A DNA stretch of 53,923 nucleotides from a virus (IMGVR_UViG_3300009108_000013:1-53923), one strand, 5' to 3'. Positions 30,272-38,544 are shown, counted from the first letter of the stretch. Notes: generated by a model from the letters alone, not told the origin. Translations and numbers: made by a program.

Positions 30272-30535
30272 CTACCGGGGTGTGACACTCACATGCCCGC
30301 TGATGAACAGCGTCACGATCTTGTGTGCAGCCCGCTCGTAGGCCATACAAATGTGGTCACCCTGAATCTTGTCTTGCTCAGGATGGCGCTTTGAGGCATA
30401 GGTGATCTTCGACGCGATGTATTCGCTTCGCATCAGAGCCTTTGCCTGCTCCGGTGTGTCCACGCCGTCGATACGGGCAATAGCCATGTCGATAGCGTGA
30501 CGCGTGAACCGGAGGTTCCGGTAAGTGTTGTCCAT
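30272..30535 (-). CDS. DUF4258/RelE-like small protein
   Basis: LRFTRHA...KIVT pattern; own promoter and structured leader. Confidence 0.5.
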   Translation of the reverse strand: MDNTYRNLRFTRHAIDMAIARIDGVDTPEQAKALMRSEYIASKITYASKRHPEQDKIQGDHICMAYERAAHKIVTLFISGHVSVTPR

Positions 30536-30871
30536 GTCCTTCTCTTTCCTATGTTAGCCGTTACCCCTAAGACACCGAATGGGGGTCTGATCCGACCCTT
30601 ATTCGGTGCCCGTAGATAACGAGCGTTTACGTTAGACCCGTAGTATAGCATACGGGTATGACAGTTGTCAAGTCGGTCTAGTCAGGGGGGGACCAAAGTC
30701 CCCCCCACCAGATCAGACCGGGTAGACCTTGTCGTGGTCCGTCGGGTCGCACTCAGGGCAAAGCGCCCCGTCCGGCGTTTCGTCTATGGTGTAGCACGGC
30801 TCAATGTCCGTCCATTCGCCACAGTCGCAGCATTGGCTCAGATCACCAAGACCATCCCTACCGGTGTGACA

Positions 30872-30887
30872 TAGAACATGTGTTCGA
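30872..30887. promoter_or_regulatory. LexA-like box
   Basis: TAGAAC-ATGT-GTTCGA. Confidence 0.55.
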
Positions 30888-30951
30888 TCACCGCATTTGC
30901 CTTCTTATTACATAGACACCGCAACCACACCCGATCCGACCCAAACCCCCC

Positions 30952-31000
30952 GACCGTCCCGTTTTTTTAGAACCAACTCGGACCGTCCCGTTTTTTTTAG
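30952..31000 (+). repeat. Direct repeat GACCGTCCCG-T7/8-AG x2
   Basis: Copies at 30952 and 30981; core CCGTCCCGTTT also at 21719 and 22519. Confidence 0.7.
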
Positions 31001-31110
31001 TTATTTTTCGGGGCTTCCCCGCCTCGGGAGGCCGGGGCTAAACGGGTACGCGACAAAACCCCCAACCGATTGGTCAGGGGTTCTGTCCGGCGATTGCCGT
31101 GTTGACAACT

Positions 31111-31192
31111 TCGTGGAGGTGCGGAGAATCGAACTCCGGTCCGAAAGCGTTCCGACATGCGGCTTTCACTTCCGTCTACACCGATCACCCCC
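31111..31192 (-). ncRNA. ssrA: Mini tmRNA-like RNA (tRNA-like domain only)
   Basis: GGGGGUG/CACCUCC-A acceptor with G3-U70, stemless D-loop ending in GAC, GGAC before T-arm CGGAG-UUCGAUU-CUCCG; no tag ORF; own promoter at 31206-31234. Confidence 0.75.
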
Positions 31193-31267
31193 GGTGCTTG
31201 GCACTAGTATAGCATACCGGTGCCTGCTTGTCAAGTGGGGGGCCGTAGCCCCCCACCGACTTGCGTC

Positions 31268-31507
31268 TTACAGGCTCACCGGGTGGTGAGCCGTTGCGCC
31301 GTGGCCTTCCTCAATCCGAAGAAGTCGCACGGCCAGTTCGCCGTCAACGCCACAGGCGTTGTACCACCGCAGAGCGTCAAAGCGCTCGTTATCGGCTGCG
31401 AACACGGCTGCCATCTTTGCGGCAACCAGTACCATCGCCGTATCGAACCGGAACTCGTTGAGATCCTTTACGATTGTAGCGAAGGCTTCATAATCCTTGC
31501 GGGTCAT
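31268..31507 (-). CDS. Hypothetical phage protein (MTRKDY...RFD..R family)
   Basis: AAGGAG SD; own promoter. Confidence 0.75.
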   Translation of the reverse strand: MTRKDYEAFATIVKDLNEFRFDTAMVLVAAKMAAVFAADNERFDALRWYNACGVDGELAVRLLRIEEGHGATAHHPVSL

Positions 31508-31560
31508 GATGTCTCCTTATTCTGTTGTCAAGGGATGGCTTGTCCCATCCACTAACCACA

Positions 31561-31629
31561 AGTATACACGCCGGGTGTGACACTGTCAAGTCAGCCCGAT
31601 TTGACATTGTCTCACCCATGTGCTATACT
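31561..31629. promoter_or_regulatory. Back-to-back sigmaA promoter cassette 1
   Basis: TTGACA-17-TATACT on both strands. Confidence 0.85.
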
Positions 31630-31681
31630 TACTTTATCGGGTCAACGGACCTGCTGTATCACAGCGATACGTCACTGCTTT

Positions 31682-31769
31682 GCGCGTCCCGCCTTATTTA
31701 GCCCCGCTGTTGGTGCGTGGGTTCGGGGCTGATTCGGGACGCGGAAAAGGGGGGGGCCGAAGCCCCCCC
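31682..31769. terminator. Convergent junction cassette (CGCGTC..TTAGCCCCG..CGGGGCTGA..GACGCG + hairpin)
   Basis: Type example of a motif repeated between convergent units; GGGGGGG-CCGAAG-CCCCCCC hairpin with U-run on - strand. Confidence 0.75.
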
Positions 31770-31774
31770 AGTTC

Positions 31775-31981
31775 TCAGTAGACATACGGCCCTTCGACGC
31801 CGGGGATCGTATCCCCGCACGAATCGCAGGGGGTGTCGAACTCCAGTTCGTGGCAGCCGTCCCAACCGGCGTAGTCCACGTTCTGGTTCTGGCACCAACT
31901 CCGGTGGCAGTAATCGCCGCAGAAGTAGACCCGATCCATAACGTCGCCGTTGGTGTCGTCAATGTCATGCTTGTGCGCCAT
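31775..31981 (-). CDS. Small Cys-rich protein
   Basis: CGDYC...CDSC; AGGAG SD. Confidence 0.7.
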   Translation of the reverse strand: MAHKHDIDDTNGDVMDRVYFCGDYCHRSWCQNQNVDYAGWDGCHELEFDTPCDSCGDTIPGVEGPYVY

Positions 31982-32031
31982 GACAGTCTCCTATTCAGTT
32001 GTCAACGTGACCCTTCCGGCCACTGAGAACA

Positions 32032-32103
32032 AGTCTAGCACCCCGGTATGACAGTCACCAAGTCGGGGGCCGGTTTGACAATGTCGCACCAGTATGCTAT
32101 ACT
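32032..32103. promoter_or_regulatory. Back-to-back promoter cassette 2
   Basis: + strand TTGACA-17-TATACT; - strand TAGACT with degenerate -35. Confidence 0.8.
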
Positions 32104-32109
32104 TATTGT

Positions 32110-32368
32110 TGTTGGGGAGAGAAAACCCCAACGCGAGGGTTTCTAGAAACCACAGAAACCCCCCGATTCCACAGGAACTAGGCTAGTTCTTTACCAGAAC
32201 CGCCAGTGTCGATGGGACAGGGACAGAAAGGACGAAAGTCCGCCACGGAGACAGTAGCCCGATTGTAGGGTTTGAGGCCAAACGCTGGGTCCGCAACGCA
32301 GTTCCTCCACCCCACGCACGAAAGCGTGAAACGAACTAGAAGTCCTGACACGGAAGCGGGGGGTTTTT
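32110..32368 (+). ncRNA. ~260-nt structured ncRNA candidate
   Basis: Promoter upstream, no credible ORF; nested long-range stems AAACCCCCCG/CGGGGGGUUU, CAGGA/UCCUG, CUAGUUC/GAACUAG; GAAA tetraloops. Confidence 0.65.
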
Positions 32369-32459
32369 GCGCGTCTGGTCTTATTTAGCCCCGCCGGTTG
32401 GTGCGAGGGCCGGGGCGTGTCGGGGCGCGAAAAAAGGAGGGCCGAAGCCCTCCTTCTCC

Positions 32460-32612
32460 CTACTTGCTAGCCGGGAACATTTCCATCCCGACCGGTACGC
32501 CATCGACGTACTTCGTACAAACAACACACGGGTATGGTCCCATCATGTTGCCGTCGCAGTTCCCCTCGCACTCGTACTGAATGCGAGCGGTATTCCGTAG
32601 GCGCTTTGCCAT
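32460..32612 (-). CDS. Small Cys-rich protein (50 aa)
   Basis: MAKRLRNTARIQYECEGNC...CVVC; AAGGAG SD; terminator follows. Confidence 0.65.
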   Translation of the reverse strand: MAKRLRNTARIQYECEGNCDGNMMGPYPCVVCTKYVDGVPVGMEMFPASK

Positions 32613-32660
32613 CGGATGCTCCTTTATGTAGTTGTCAATGGCCCCTCGGCCACTAGAACA

Positions 32661-32729
32661 AGTATAGCAGACTAGTGTGACAGTGTCAAATCGGCCTGAC
32701 TTGACTATGTCTCATCCGTGTGATGGAAT
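32661..32729. promoter_or_regulatory. Back-to-back promoter cassette 3
   Basis: - strand TTGACA-17-TATACT; + strand TTGACT-17-TGGAAT. Confidence 0.75.
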
Positions 32730-32767
32730 AGTTTTATTCCGCAAGGAGCGGATACAGAAAGGAAACG

Positions 32768-32848
32768 ATGGTATTCCTACCATTACTGCCCATCGTGACC
32801 GTTTGCGCGGCGCTTTGGTTGGTGTGTTCTGACCGGTTCACCGGTTAG
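32768..32848 (+). CDS. 26-aa hydrophobic peptide
   Basis: AAAGGA SD; MVFLPLLPIVTVCAALWLVCSDRFTG; hairpin follows. Confidence 0.55.
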   Translation: MVFLPLLPIVTVCAALWLVCSDRFTG

Positions 32849-32976
32849 TCCACCGCCCCCCTTCACGGGGGGGCAGCCATTTAGCCCCGGTACTGGAGCG
32901 GGAGTCGGGGCTGATCGACTTGACTCCAGACGCGCAGAAGCGCCACCCTTTCGGATGGCGCTCCTATTTCTTCGAC

Positions 32977-33291
32977 CTACCAGCCTGACGCTGCCAGAGC
33001 ATCTTCTTCCGTGACGACGAACCATTCTCCGTCCATCCACATCGAAGTCACTCCAAACGATGAAACATGCTCATGGAAAGCATCTTCCACTTCGTCCGCG
33101 ATCTCCATCGCTACGTCTGGAATGTTGGCAATCGTCCAACCACGGTCGTAGGCACGCATGATGCGCTTCTGCGATTCCGTGGCGTAGTCGTCCAACACGT
33201 TCAGAACCAGATGCGAAATCGCACGCCAGCCGTGAGTGCCATCAACGTGGCAGCCCAGATCGAATCCGATCACATTGCTGTAGTTCAGCAT
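32977..33291 (-). CDS. Hypothetical protein
   Basis: AGGAG SD; own promoter and terminator. Confidence 0.75.
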   Translation of the reverse strand: MLNYSNVIGFDLGCHVDGTHGWRAISHLVLNVLDDYATESQKRIMRAYDRGWTIANIPDVAMEIADEVEDAFHEHVSSFGVTSMWMDGEWFVVTEEDALAASGW

Positions 33292-33343
33292 GGTGTCTCC
33301 TATTTAGTTGTCAACGCAGATGGTGTCCCATCCACTAGATACA

Positions 33344-33412
33344 AGTATAGCAGATAGGTGTGACAGCGTCTAATCGGCCCAGTTTGACAATGTCACACTG
33401 GTATGCTATACT
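33344..33412. promoter_or_regulatory. Back-to-back promoter cassette 4
   Basis: TATACT on both strands; + strand TTGACA-17. Confidence 0.82.
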
Positions 33413-33418
33413 TACTTG

Positions 33419-33514
33419 TGAAGAAAGCGATGAGACAATGCGTATCAGCGCCATTCGACCCGATTAGGGAACTAGCAACAGGCGAATACGTCCTTTCGAT
33501 CTCGTCGCTTTTTT
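33419..33514 (+). ncRNA. ~95-nt rod-like sRNA candidate
   Basis: AAAGCGAUGAGA/UCUCGUCGCUUU closing stem, inner CGUAU/AUACG and CGCC/GGCG stems, U-tail. Confidence 0.65.
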
Positions 33515-33600
33515 CGCGTCTTGTTTAGCCCCGCAGCCAGCAGCGGGGATCGGGACTGATTCAGGACGCGGAAAAGGGAGGGCTTTCGCCCTCCCCCTTC

Positions 33601-33891
33601 TCAGACTGTAACTCCGTGAACGAATCGTGAGTAGTTCACGATCCACTCGTCGGTGCCGTTCAGCAGTCGGGCGTTCTCTAGAACGTCCTTCCGGTAAACG
33701 TCTCCCAAGTCGAATCCACCGAATGTGTGCGGGGACGAGACGTAGCAGAACCACCGGGAGTAGCCATCCTCGTTGTCCGGATGCTGGTAGGTCTTTACGA
33801 CGTACCAAGTCCATCCTGCGTCATTGACGTAGGTGGCGTAGGGATCGTCTTGTGGGACGATGCGCCCGAACGGATTGGTCTTACGAGCCAT
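33601..33891 (-). CDS. Hypothetical protein (DUF2958-like)
   Basis: GWTWYV...WFCYV...DLGDVY; AGGAG SD. Confidence 0.65.
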   Translation of the reverse strand: MARKTNPFGRIVPQDDPYATYVNDAGWTWYVVKTYQHPDNEDGYSRWFCYVSSPHTFGGFDLGDVYRKDVLENARLLNGTDEWIVNYSRFVHGVTV

Positions 33892-33942
33892 GATGTGTCT
33901 CCTATTTAGTTGTCAACGTGACCGGGTCGGCCACTAAGAGAG

Positions 33943-34011
33943 AGTCTAGCATACTGGTGTGACACTGTCAACTCGGCCCAGTTTGACACTGTCCTACCCA
34001 TGTGCTATACT
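33943..34011. promoter_or_regulatory. Back-to-back promoter cassette 5
   Basis: TTGACA-17-TAGACT (-) and TTGACA-17-TATACT (+). Confidence 0.85.
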
Positions 34012-34067
34012 TATTGTTGTTGGAGGGGCCAGAAAGTGCCCCACTGATTCACCCAAGGAGGTGAGAC

Positions 34068-34187
34068 ATGAATCCAGCAGGAGACGAACTGGACTACGAA
34101 GCCCTCGCGGCTGAGTGGTACGGGCCGGACCCCAGCCGTTGGGACGACGATCCGTCGCCCTACGCGGGGACTTACTCTGAGGAGTAA
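34068..34187 (+). CDS. 39-aa acidic peptide
   Basis: AAGGAGGT SD; ...WDDDPSPYAGTYSEE; terminator follows. Confidence 0.75.
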   Translation: MNPAGDELDYEALAAEWYGPDPSRWDDDPSPYAGTYSEE

Positions 34188-34317
34188 GCCGGTGAACCCC
34201 CCGAAAGGGGGGTTTTCCCGCGTCCGGGTGCGCCCCGCAGGCAGTTGGGGGGGCGGGGCTGATTGACTTGGCTCTAGACGCGACGAAGGGGAGAGGCTTT
34301 CGCCCCTCCCCTTTCGC

Positions 34318-34533
34318 TCAGCCCACCAAGTCGCTGTTGCGCTTGATGTAGTTAGCCAGTTGGCCCATCGACTTCGTGACCGTGAAAGTCGCCATCGCTG
34401 CGAAAGCGTTGAGATTCTCGTAACGGTACTCCGTGTCGCCCCACAGGATCGCTGCGTCGCCGTTCACCCAGAGGGTGATCAGACGGGCACCGCTTGTGGT
34501 GGGGTGCTGGATGGTACACATTGGGATGTGCAT
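34318..34533 (-). CDS. Hypothetical protein
   Basis: SD, own promoter and terminator. Confidence 0.7.
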   Translation of the reverse strand: MHIPMCTIQHPTTSGARLITLWVNGDAAILWGDTEYRYENLNAFAAMATFTVTKSMGQLANYIKRNSDLVG

Positions 34534-34588
34534 CCTCTGTCTCCTATTTAGTTGTCAACGTGGGTAGCAGTTGCTCCCACTAGAAACA

Positions 34589-34659
34589 AGTATAGCATAC
34601 CAGTGTGACAGTGTCAAGTCGGGGGCCGGTTTGACAGTGTCATACCCATGTGCTATACT
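34589..34659. promoter_or_regulatory. Back-to-back promoter cassette 6
   Basis: TTGACA-17-TATACT on both strands, each -35 inside TGACA-N-TGTCA. Confidence 0.88.
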
Positions 34660-34706
34660 TATTCTCAGTGGCTACCGGCCACGACAACTACAACTTAGGA
34701 GACACG

Positions 34707-34832
34707 ATGGACTACGACGCTTGGCTAGAAGCGCCCTACATGGAAGAAGGGTGCGAATGCGACGGCGGTTGCCATAGATGCGATGCCATACTGGCCGAAG
34801 ATTACCACTGGTCTACGGACCCAAGAGTCTAA
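34707..34832 (+). CDS. 41-aa acidic Cys peptide
   Basis: AGGAG SD; MDYDAWLEAPY..CECDGGCHRC. Confidence 0.7.
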   Translation: MDYDAWLEAPYMEEGCECDGGCHRCDAILAEDYHWSTDPRV

Positions 34833-34921
34833 AGAAACGGGGGGAGCCGAAAGGCTCCCCTCTTTCGCGTCCCCCCTCAGTCCGCCCCGGAAGTCGCAAC
34901 AAAAAGCGGGGCTAGACGCGC

Positions 34922-35206
34922 AGAAACCCCCTTTCGGGGGATCTGGCTCGGGGGCTAGTCGGCGTCCATCTCTGGATCACCGCTTCCGCGAATGCGCCGG
35001 TTCTTCGCAACAACGCCATTTCAGGGTTGCTGGCCGGTTCTCGGCTGGCGTGGTATTCGCCAGCACTTAGACATTGGGGGAGAGCCGCTTTACTCAGCCG
35101 TGGTGACTGAGTGACAGATACCATCCTGTCACGGACTCGCCTTGAGCGCGACTCAGGCTATGTCCCCCTCCGATTCGCCTGCCTATTGGCAGGGCTTCGA
35201 TCTGTT
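34922..35206 (-). ncRNA. ~285-nt structured ncRNA candidate
   Basis: Promoter at 35213-35241, at least six hairpins, ends at CCCC-GAAA-GGGG terminator; the only ORF runs through the terminator. Confidence 0.65.
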
Positions 35207-35243
35207 AGTAATAGTATAGCACATAGGTGCGACACTGTCAAGT

Positions 35244-35310
35244 CCTCCAGCGGAGAATCGAACTCCTACAACCCATACTGGCGTTGCCCACTCCTCTACA
35301 TGACTGGAAG
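35244..35310 (-). ncRNA. T-loop-containing tRNA-like remnant
   Basis: CUUCCAGU/GCUGGAGG stem plus GGAG-UUCGAUU-CUCC arm; 17 nt identical to the mini-tmRNA T-arm. Confidence 0.4.
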
Positions 35311-35354
35311 GTGTTTCGACCGGTTCTGTTGCCACCCCCGGTCAGGGCCGATTC

Positions 35355-35570
35355 TCAGTCAGTGAAGATGTCGCGTGGCGTGATGCCAAGCGCTGCGTAG
35401 CGCCTCGCCCGTTCCGCTTCCACGGCCCGTACTTGCGCCTTGCGTGCCCGCTCCGCTCCCCAAGTGCGACGGTAGGTCGCTTTCGCTGCCCGGTAGGCGT
35501 GATTGCCTCCAAGCGTGGCGAGGGTTGCGAACATCGCTGCGACTGCGTCGGTGTCCTGCTTCGTTGCCAT
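35355..35570 (-). CDS. Basic hypothetical protein, leaderless
   Basis: ATG 7 nt from the TATAAT -10. Confidence 0.7.
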   Translation of the reverse strand: MATKQDTDAVAAMFATLATLGGNHAYRAAKATYRRTWGAERARKAQVRAVEAERARRYAALGITPRDIFTD

Positions 35571-35576
35571 GTAGGT

Positions 35577-35645
35577 ATTATAGCACCCCTGTGTGACATT
35601 GTCAAGTCAGCCCGATTTGACACTGTCATACCAGTGTGCTATACT
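35577..35645. promoter_or_regulatory. Back-to-back promoter cassette 7
   Basis: TTGACA-17-TATAAT (-) and TTGACA-17-TATACT (+). Confidence 0.88.
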
Positions 35646-35694
35646 GTTTCTTAGTGGGGAAGCGCCCCACTTGTTGACAACAAGAGGAGACAAC

Positions 35695-35934
35695 ATGCAG
35701 TTCAGCATGTACACCCATGAGGGCGACAGGATGGTCCTAGCGTCCCTCCAGCGCCAACTGGAGATCGTCCTGTCCTTCACCCACGCAGTCACTGCGGAGG
35801 CGCTGGTAGGGCGAGTCGAAGCGGAGGTGACAGCGTGTGGTCACCCTGAGGTGACTGACACAGCGGTCAGGGAGTGGATTTACACCTATCTTGAGAACGA
35901 GGGCCACATCGTTCAGACGGAAGTGATCGTCTGA
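35695..35934 (+). CDS. Hypothetical protein
   Basis: GAGGAG SD; MQFSMYTHEG...EVTDTAVRE. Confidence 0.75.
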   Translation: MQFSMYTHEGDRMVLASLQRQLEIVLSFTHAVTAEALVGRVEAEVTACGHPEVTDTAVREWIYTYLENEGHIVQTEVIV

Positions 35935-35950
35935 TCGAACAGGTGTTCGG
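35935..35950. promoter_or_regulatory. LexA-like box
   Basis: TCGAAC-AGGT-GTTCGG. Confidence 0.6.
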
Positions 35951-36031
35951 AGGGGGGGGCGAAAGCCTCCCCTCCACCCCTTTAGCCCCGCTTCTTCAAG
36001 GAGGTCCACTACTCAACAGACTGCGGGGCTT

Positions 36032-36472
36032 ATGATGTCCTTCATGGCGATCAGTTACGAGAAGGCGCGCAAACTCTTTGGCAAGTTCATCTCGTTCAAC
36101 CAAATGTTGTCGGAACAAGTTGAAGTAGAAAACTATTATCAGTTCTCTTATCGTTTAGATACTTATCAACTTTGGGCTGACTGTGATGAAGAACATCTCC
36201 CTTCGTCCCGCATGTTGTGCGCCCATGCGGGGCTACACATGGCAATCGTGGATTCGGACAACAGATTGGAGCAGGCGGAGTTCGCTGTGATGATGGGGCC
36301 GTTTGATCTGATGCGTGGTGATGATCCTGAACTTCTTTATCGACAGATGACGAAGAGTGTGAAAGCGGTGATAGGGACGGCGCAACTTCATATTCACGCG
36401 TTGGGTTACCCGTGTCATGATGAGTGCCAGTGCGAATCCATAGTGAATGAAGAGAACTATCTTGGCCCCTAA
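36032..36472 (+). CDS. Hypothetical protein
   Basis: 146-aa ORF; start may be ATG 36044. Confidence 0.6.
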   Translation: MMSFMAISYEKARKLFGKFISFNQMLSEQVEVENYYQFSYRLDTYQLWADCDEEHLPSSRMLCAHAGLHMAIVDSDNRLEQAEFAVMMGPFDLMRGDDPELLYRQMTKSVKAVIGTAQLHIHALGYPCHDECQCESIVNEENYLGP

Positions 36473-36634
36473 ACCCCGTATTAGCGCCTCTGTGGGCCAT
36501 GGGCGACGACTGCGCCAAAGCGATCAGTCGCGTGAGCCGAGCCCGACGATGACCGTTAGTCGAATACTTATCGACCTACAAAATAACTGGAGTTTCTTTG
36601 CACCTCTTCCTTATAAGAAACGGTTGTACCACAA

Positions 36635-36772
36635 ATGATGCTTGAAGTAGAAAACCGTGAACGATGGCTCATACTGAGAGCCTTACGGCGACTAGGCAAC
36701 GACGACAACAACGTCAAACTCGCCATCGAAGCCATCGACCTGCTAGAAAGACTCATCGATGACTACGACTGA
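36635..36772 (+). CDS. Small hypothetical protein (45 aa)
   Basis: MMLEVENRERWLILRALRRL... Confidence 0.5.
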   Translation: MMLEVENRERWLILRALRRLGNDDNNVKLAIEAIDLLERLIDDYD

Positions 36773-36959
36773 ATACACGACAGCGATACTGTCCCCCGAC
36801 GAAACACGCCTCATCGCCCAAGCACTACACTACCTGCACGGCTCCGACCAAATCACAACAAATAAAGACATCATCGAAGCAGGGCAACTCGTCCAATACT
36901 TCGACAGAGCATCTGGGATGGAGAGGAAACAATGGAAGATGTCTCACGCCACACAATAA
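36759..36959 (+). CDS. Small hypothetical protein
   Basis: 66-aa ORF. Confidence 0.6.
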   Translation: MTTTEYTTAILSPDETRLIAQALHYLHGSDQITTNKDIIEAGQLVQYFDRASGMERKQWKMSHATQ

Positions 36960-37684
36960 ACCTGTTCGCCGCCCTATTCGCAGGCGGACACATCGCCACC
37001 GACGACCCCACGGACAATAAAGGGTTTCGCCCATGGGAAAACCCTGCCGGAGGATGGCACAAAGCAACAGGAGCAGGCTACACAACGGCTGTTGAAGACC
37101 ACCTCACCAACGCAGACAAACCCAACATCGGTGTTTACCCGTTGACACGACACAACACCGAAGACGACGCAGCCGTCTACGTCACCCAATGGGGGTGCGT
37201 AGACTTTGACGAAGGCGAAGAAGCCTCACTAGCCCACGCCGTCAACCTCCAGACTGTACTACAACAACTTCAAGTAACTTCATGGATAGAACGCTCCCGA
37301 TCCAAAGGCTACCACCTGTGGGTATTTTTTGAGGAACCACTCCCGGCGCGCAAAGTACGAGAAGGACTGATCGGTGCATGCAACGTAGTTGATGCACCGA
37401 CAGTGGAGGTCAACCCGAAACAGTTGGTGCTAACAGGGCAAGGACTAGGCAACGGGGTACGTTTGCCGTACGGTTATCCCCGAAATGAGCACCGAAACAT
37501 TGTTGTTTACGGTGGCGCAGACATGTCGTTGGATGGATTTGCGGAACTCGCATCGAAAACAAGGGTCACACCTGTTGCGTGGAATGCCGTCACAGCCTTG
37601 TACAGCCCCCCCAAGCCCGTCCCAGCCCCCAAAGTGACCTACACCTACGGTGGGGGGGGTCAGAATGGCCCTAAATCCGTTTGA
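36932..37684 (+). CDS. AEP/TOTE-type primase catalytic domain (short paralog)
   Basis: IGVYP, CVDFDEGE, ERSRSKGYHLWV, EVNPKQ, GNGVRLP; paralog of 52689..53654. Confidence 0.8.
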   Translation: MEDVSRHTINLFAALFAGGHIATDDPTDNKGFRPWENPAGGWHKATGAGYTTAVEDHLTNADKPNIGVYPLTRHNTEDDAAVYVTQWGCVDFDEGEEASLAHAVNLQTVLQQLQVTSWIERSRSKGYHLWVFFEEPLPARKVREGLIGACNVVDAPTVEVNPKQLVLTGQGLGNGVRLPYGYPRNEHRNIVVYGGADMSLDGFAELASKTRVTPVAWNAVTALYSPPKPVPAPKVTYTYGGGGQNGPKSV

Positions 37685-37726
37685 CCCCAGACGCGAAGAA
37701 ACCCCCCTTTCGGGGGGTTTCCAAGA

Positions 37727-38032
37727 TTACGCTACGACGTAGCGATTCGCTCTGTCTAGGAGCGTCCTGCCCTTCACGGTCACGCAGCGATCCACGCGAT
37801 CCGAATCGAAGGGTTCACCCACGCGACCCATGATGGGTTCGTGGTCCTGCCACTTGCAGTTTGGAGCGAAAGGCCGTGAAACGGAGCAGGTACCGTGACC
37901 ATGACGGTCCACTAGGCCGTAAAACTTCCTACCCGTGATCTTGCTACCCTCAATGTGCGAGGAGTAACGCAGGTACAAATCGCACCCGCAGTACCAGCAA
38001 GAATCCACGATAGGAGCATTTTTGAAATACAT
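37727..38032 (-). CDS. Cys-containing hypothetical protein
   Basis: AAGGAGG SD; terminator follows. Confidence 0.65.
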   Translation of the reverse strand: MYFKNAPIVDSCWYCGCDLYLRYSSHIEGSKITGRKFYGLVDRHGHGTCSVSRPFAPNCKWQDHEPIMGRVGEPFDSDRVDRCVTVKGRTLLDRANRYVVA

Positions 38033-38100
38033 AACGCCTCCTTGGATTATCGGGGACGATCCCCGACGAGCAATACTTTACCAGACGCTTGTGACGGTGT

Positions 38101-38178
38101 CAAGTCAGGGGCAAGTCAGGGGCAAGTCACGCACGCAGGCGCACGCACGCGTGGGCGCGCACGCACGCGTGGGCGCGC
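38101..38178 (+). repeat. Short tandem repeats
   Basis: CAAGTCAGGGG x2 + CAAGTCA; GCGCACGCACGCGTGGGC x2. Confidence 0.75.
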
Positions 38179-38275
38179 GAGTCCCGAATAGGGCCGCAGC
38201 CCTCGGGGCTGGCGCGGGGGTTCGGGCGGGTGTAGACGCGAAAAAGCCCCCCCTTGCGGGGGGGGCGGTGGTGGG

Positions 38276-38410
38276 TTAGGCTAAATCAGCCTCTTCCACC
38301 TCGCGTGCGAAGTCGGCAGCCGCTTCGGCGTTGCGCCGTCGCTGCTCTTCCTTCAGCCACTTCATTTGAGTGGCGCTGGGTTCGTGCCAGCCACAAGGGA
38401 TGTAACTCAT
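38276..38410 (-). CDS. 44-aa hypothetical protein
   Basis: AAGGAGGTG SD; own promoter and terminator. Confidence 0.7.
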   Translation of the reverse strand: MSYIPCGWHEPSATQMKWLKEEQRRRNAEAAADFAREVEEADLA

Positions 38411-38544
38411 AAAATCACCTCCTTCGTGATACCAGTATTCTAGCACACCAGCATGACAGTGTCAAGTCGGCGTTATGCGGGCGCAGCCGCGCACCTGCGC
38501 GAGTCCCGAAGGGGGCGCAGCCCGCCGGGACGTAACGAGGGACA

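Noticed and set aside
30712-30850. Minus-strand Cys-rich frame (CCDC...CPEC)
   Set aside because: It looks like a Zn-ribbon gene but has no in-frame ATG/GTG/TTG start; possibly a relic, so not called.
32110-32368. RNase P RNA or hammerhead ribozyme
   Set aside because: GAAAGTCC is present but as a local hairpin; the P4 partner and CUGAUGA core are absent.
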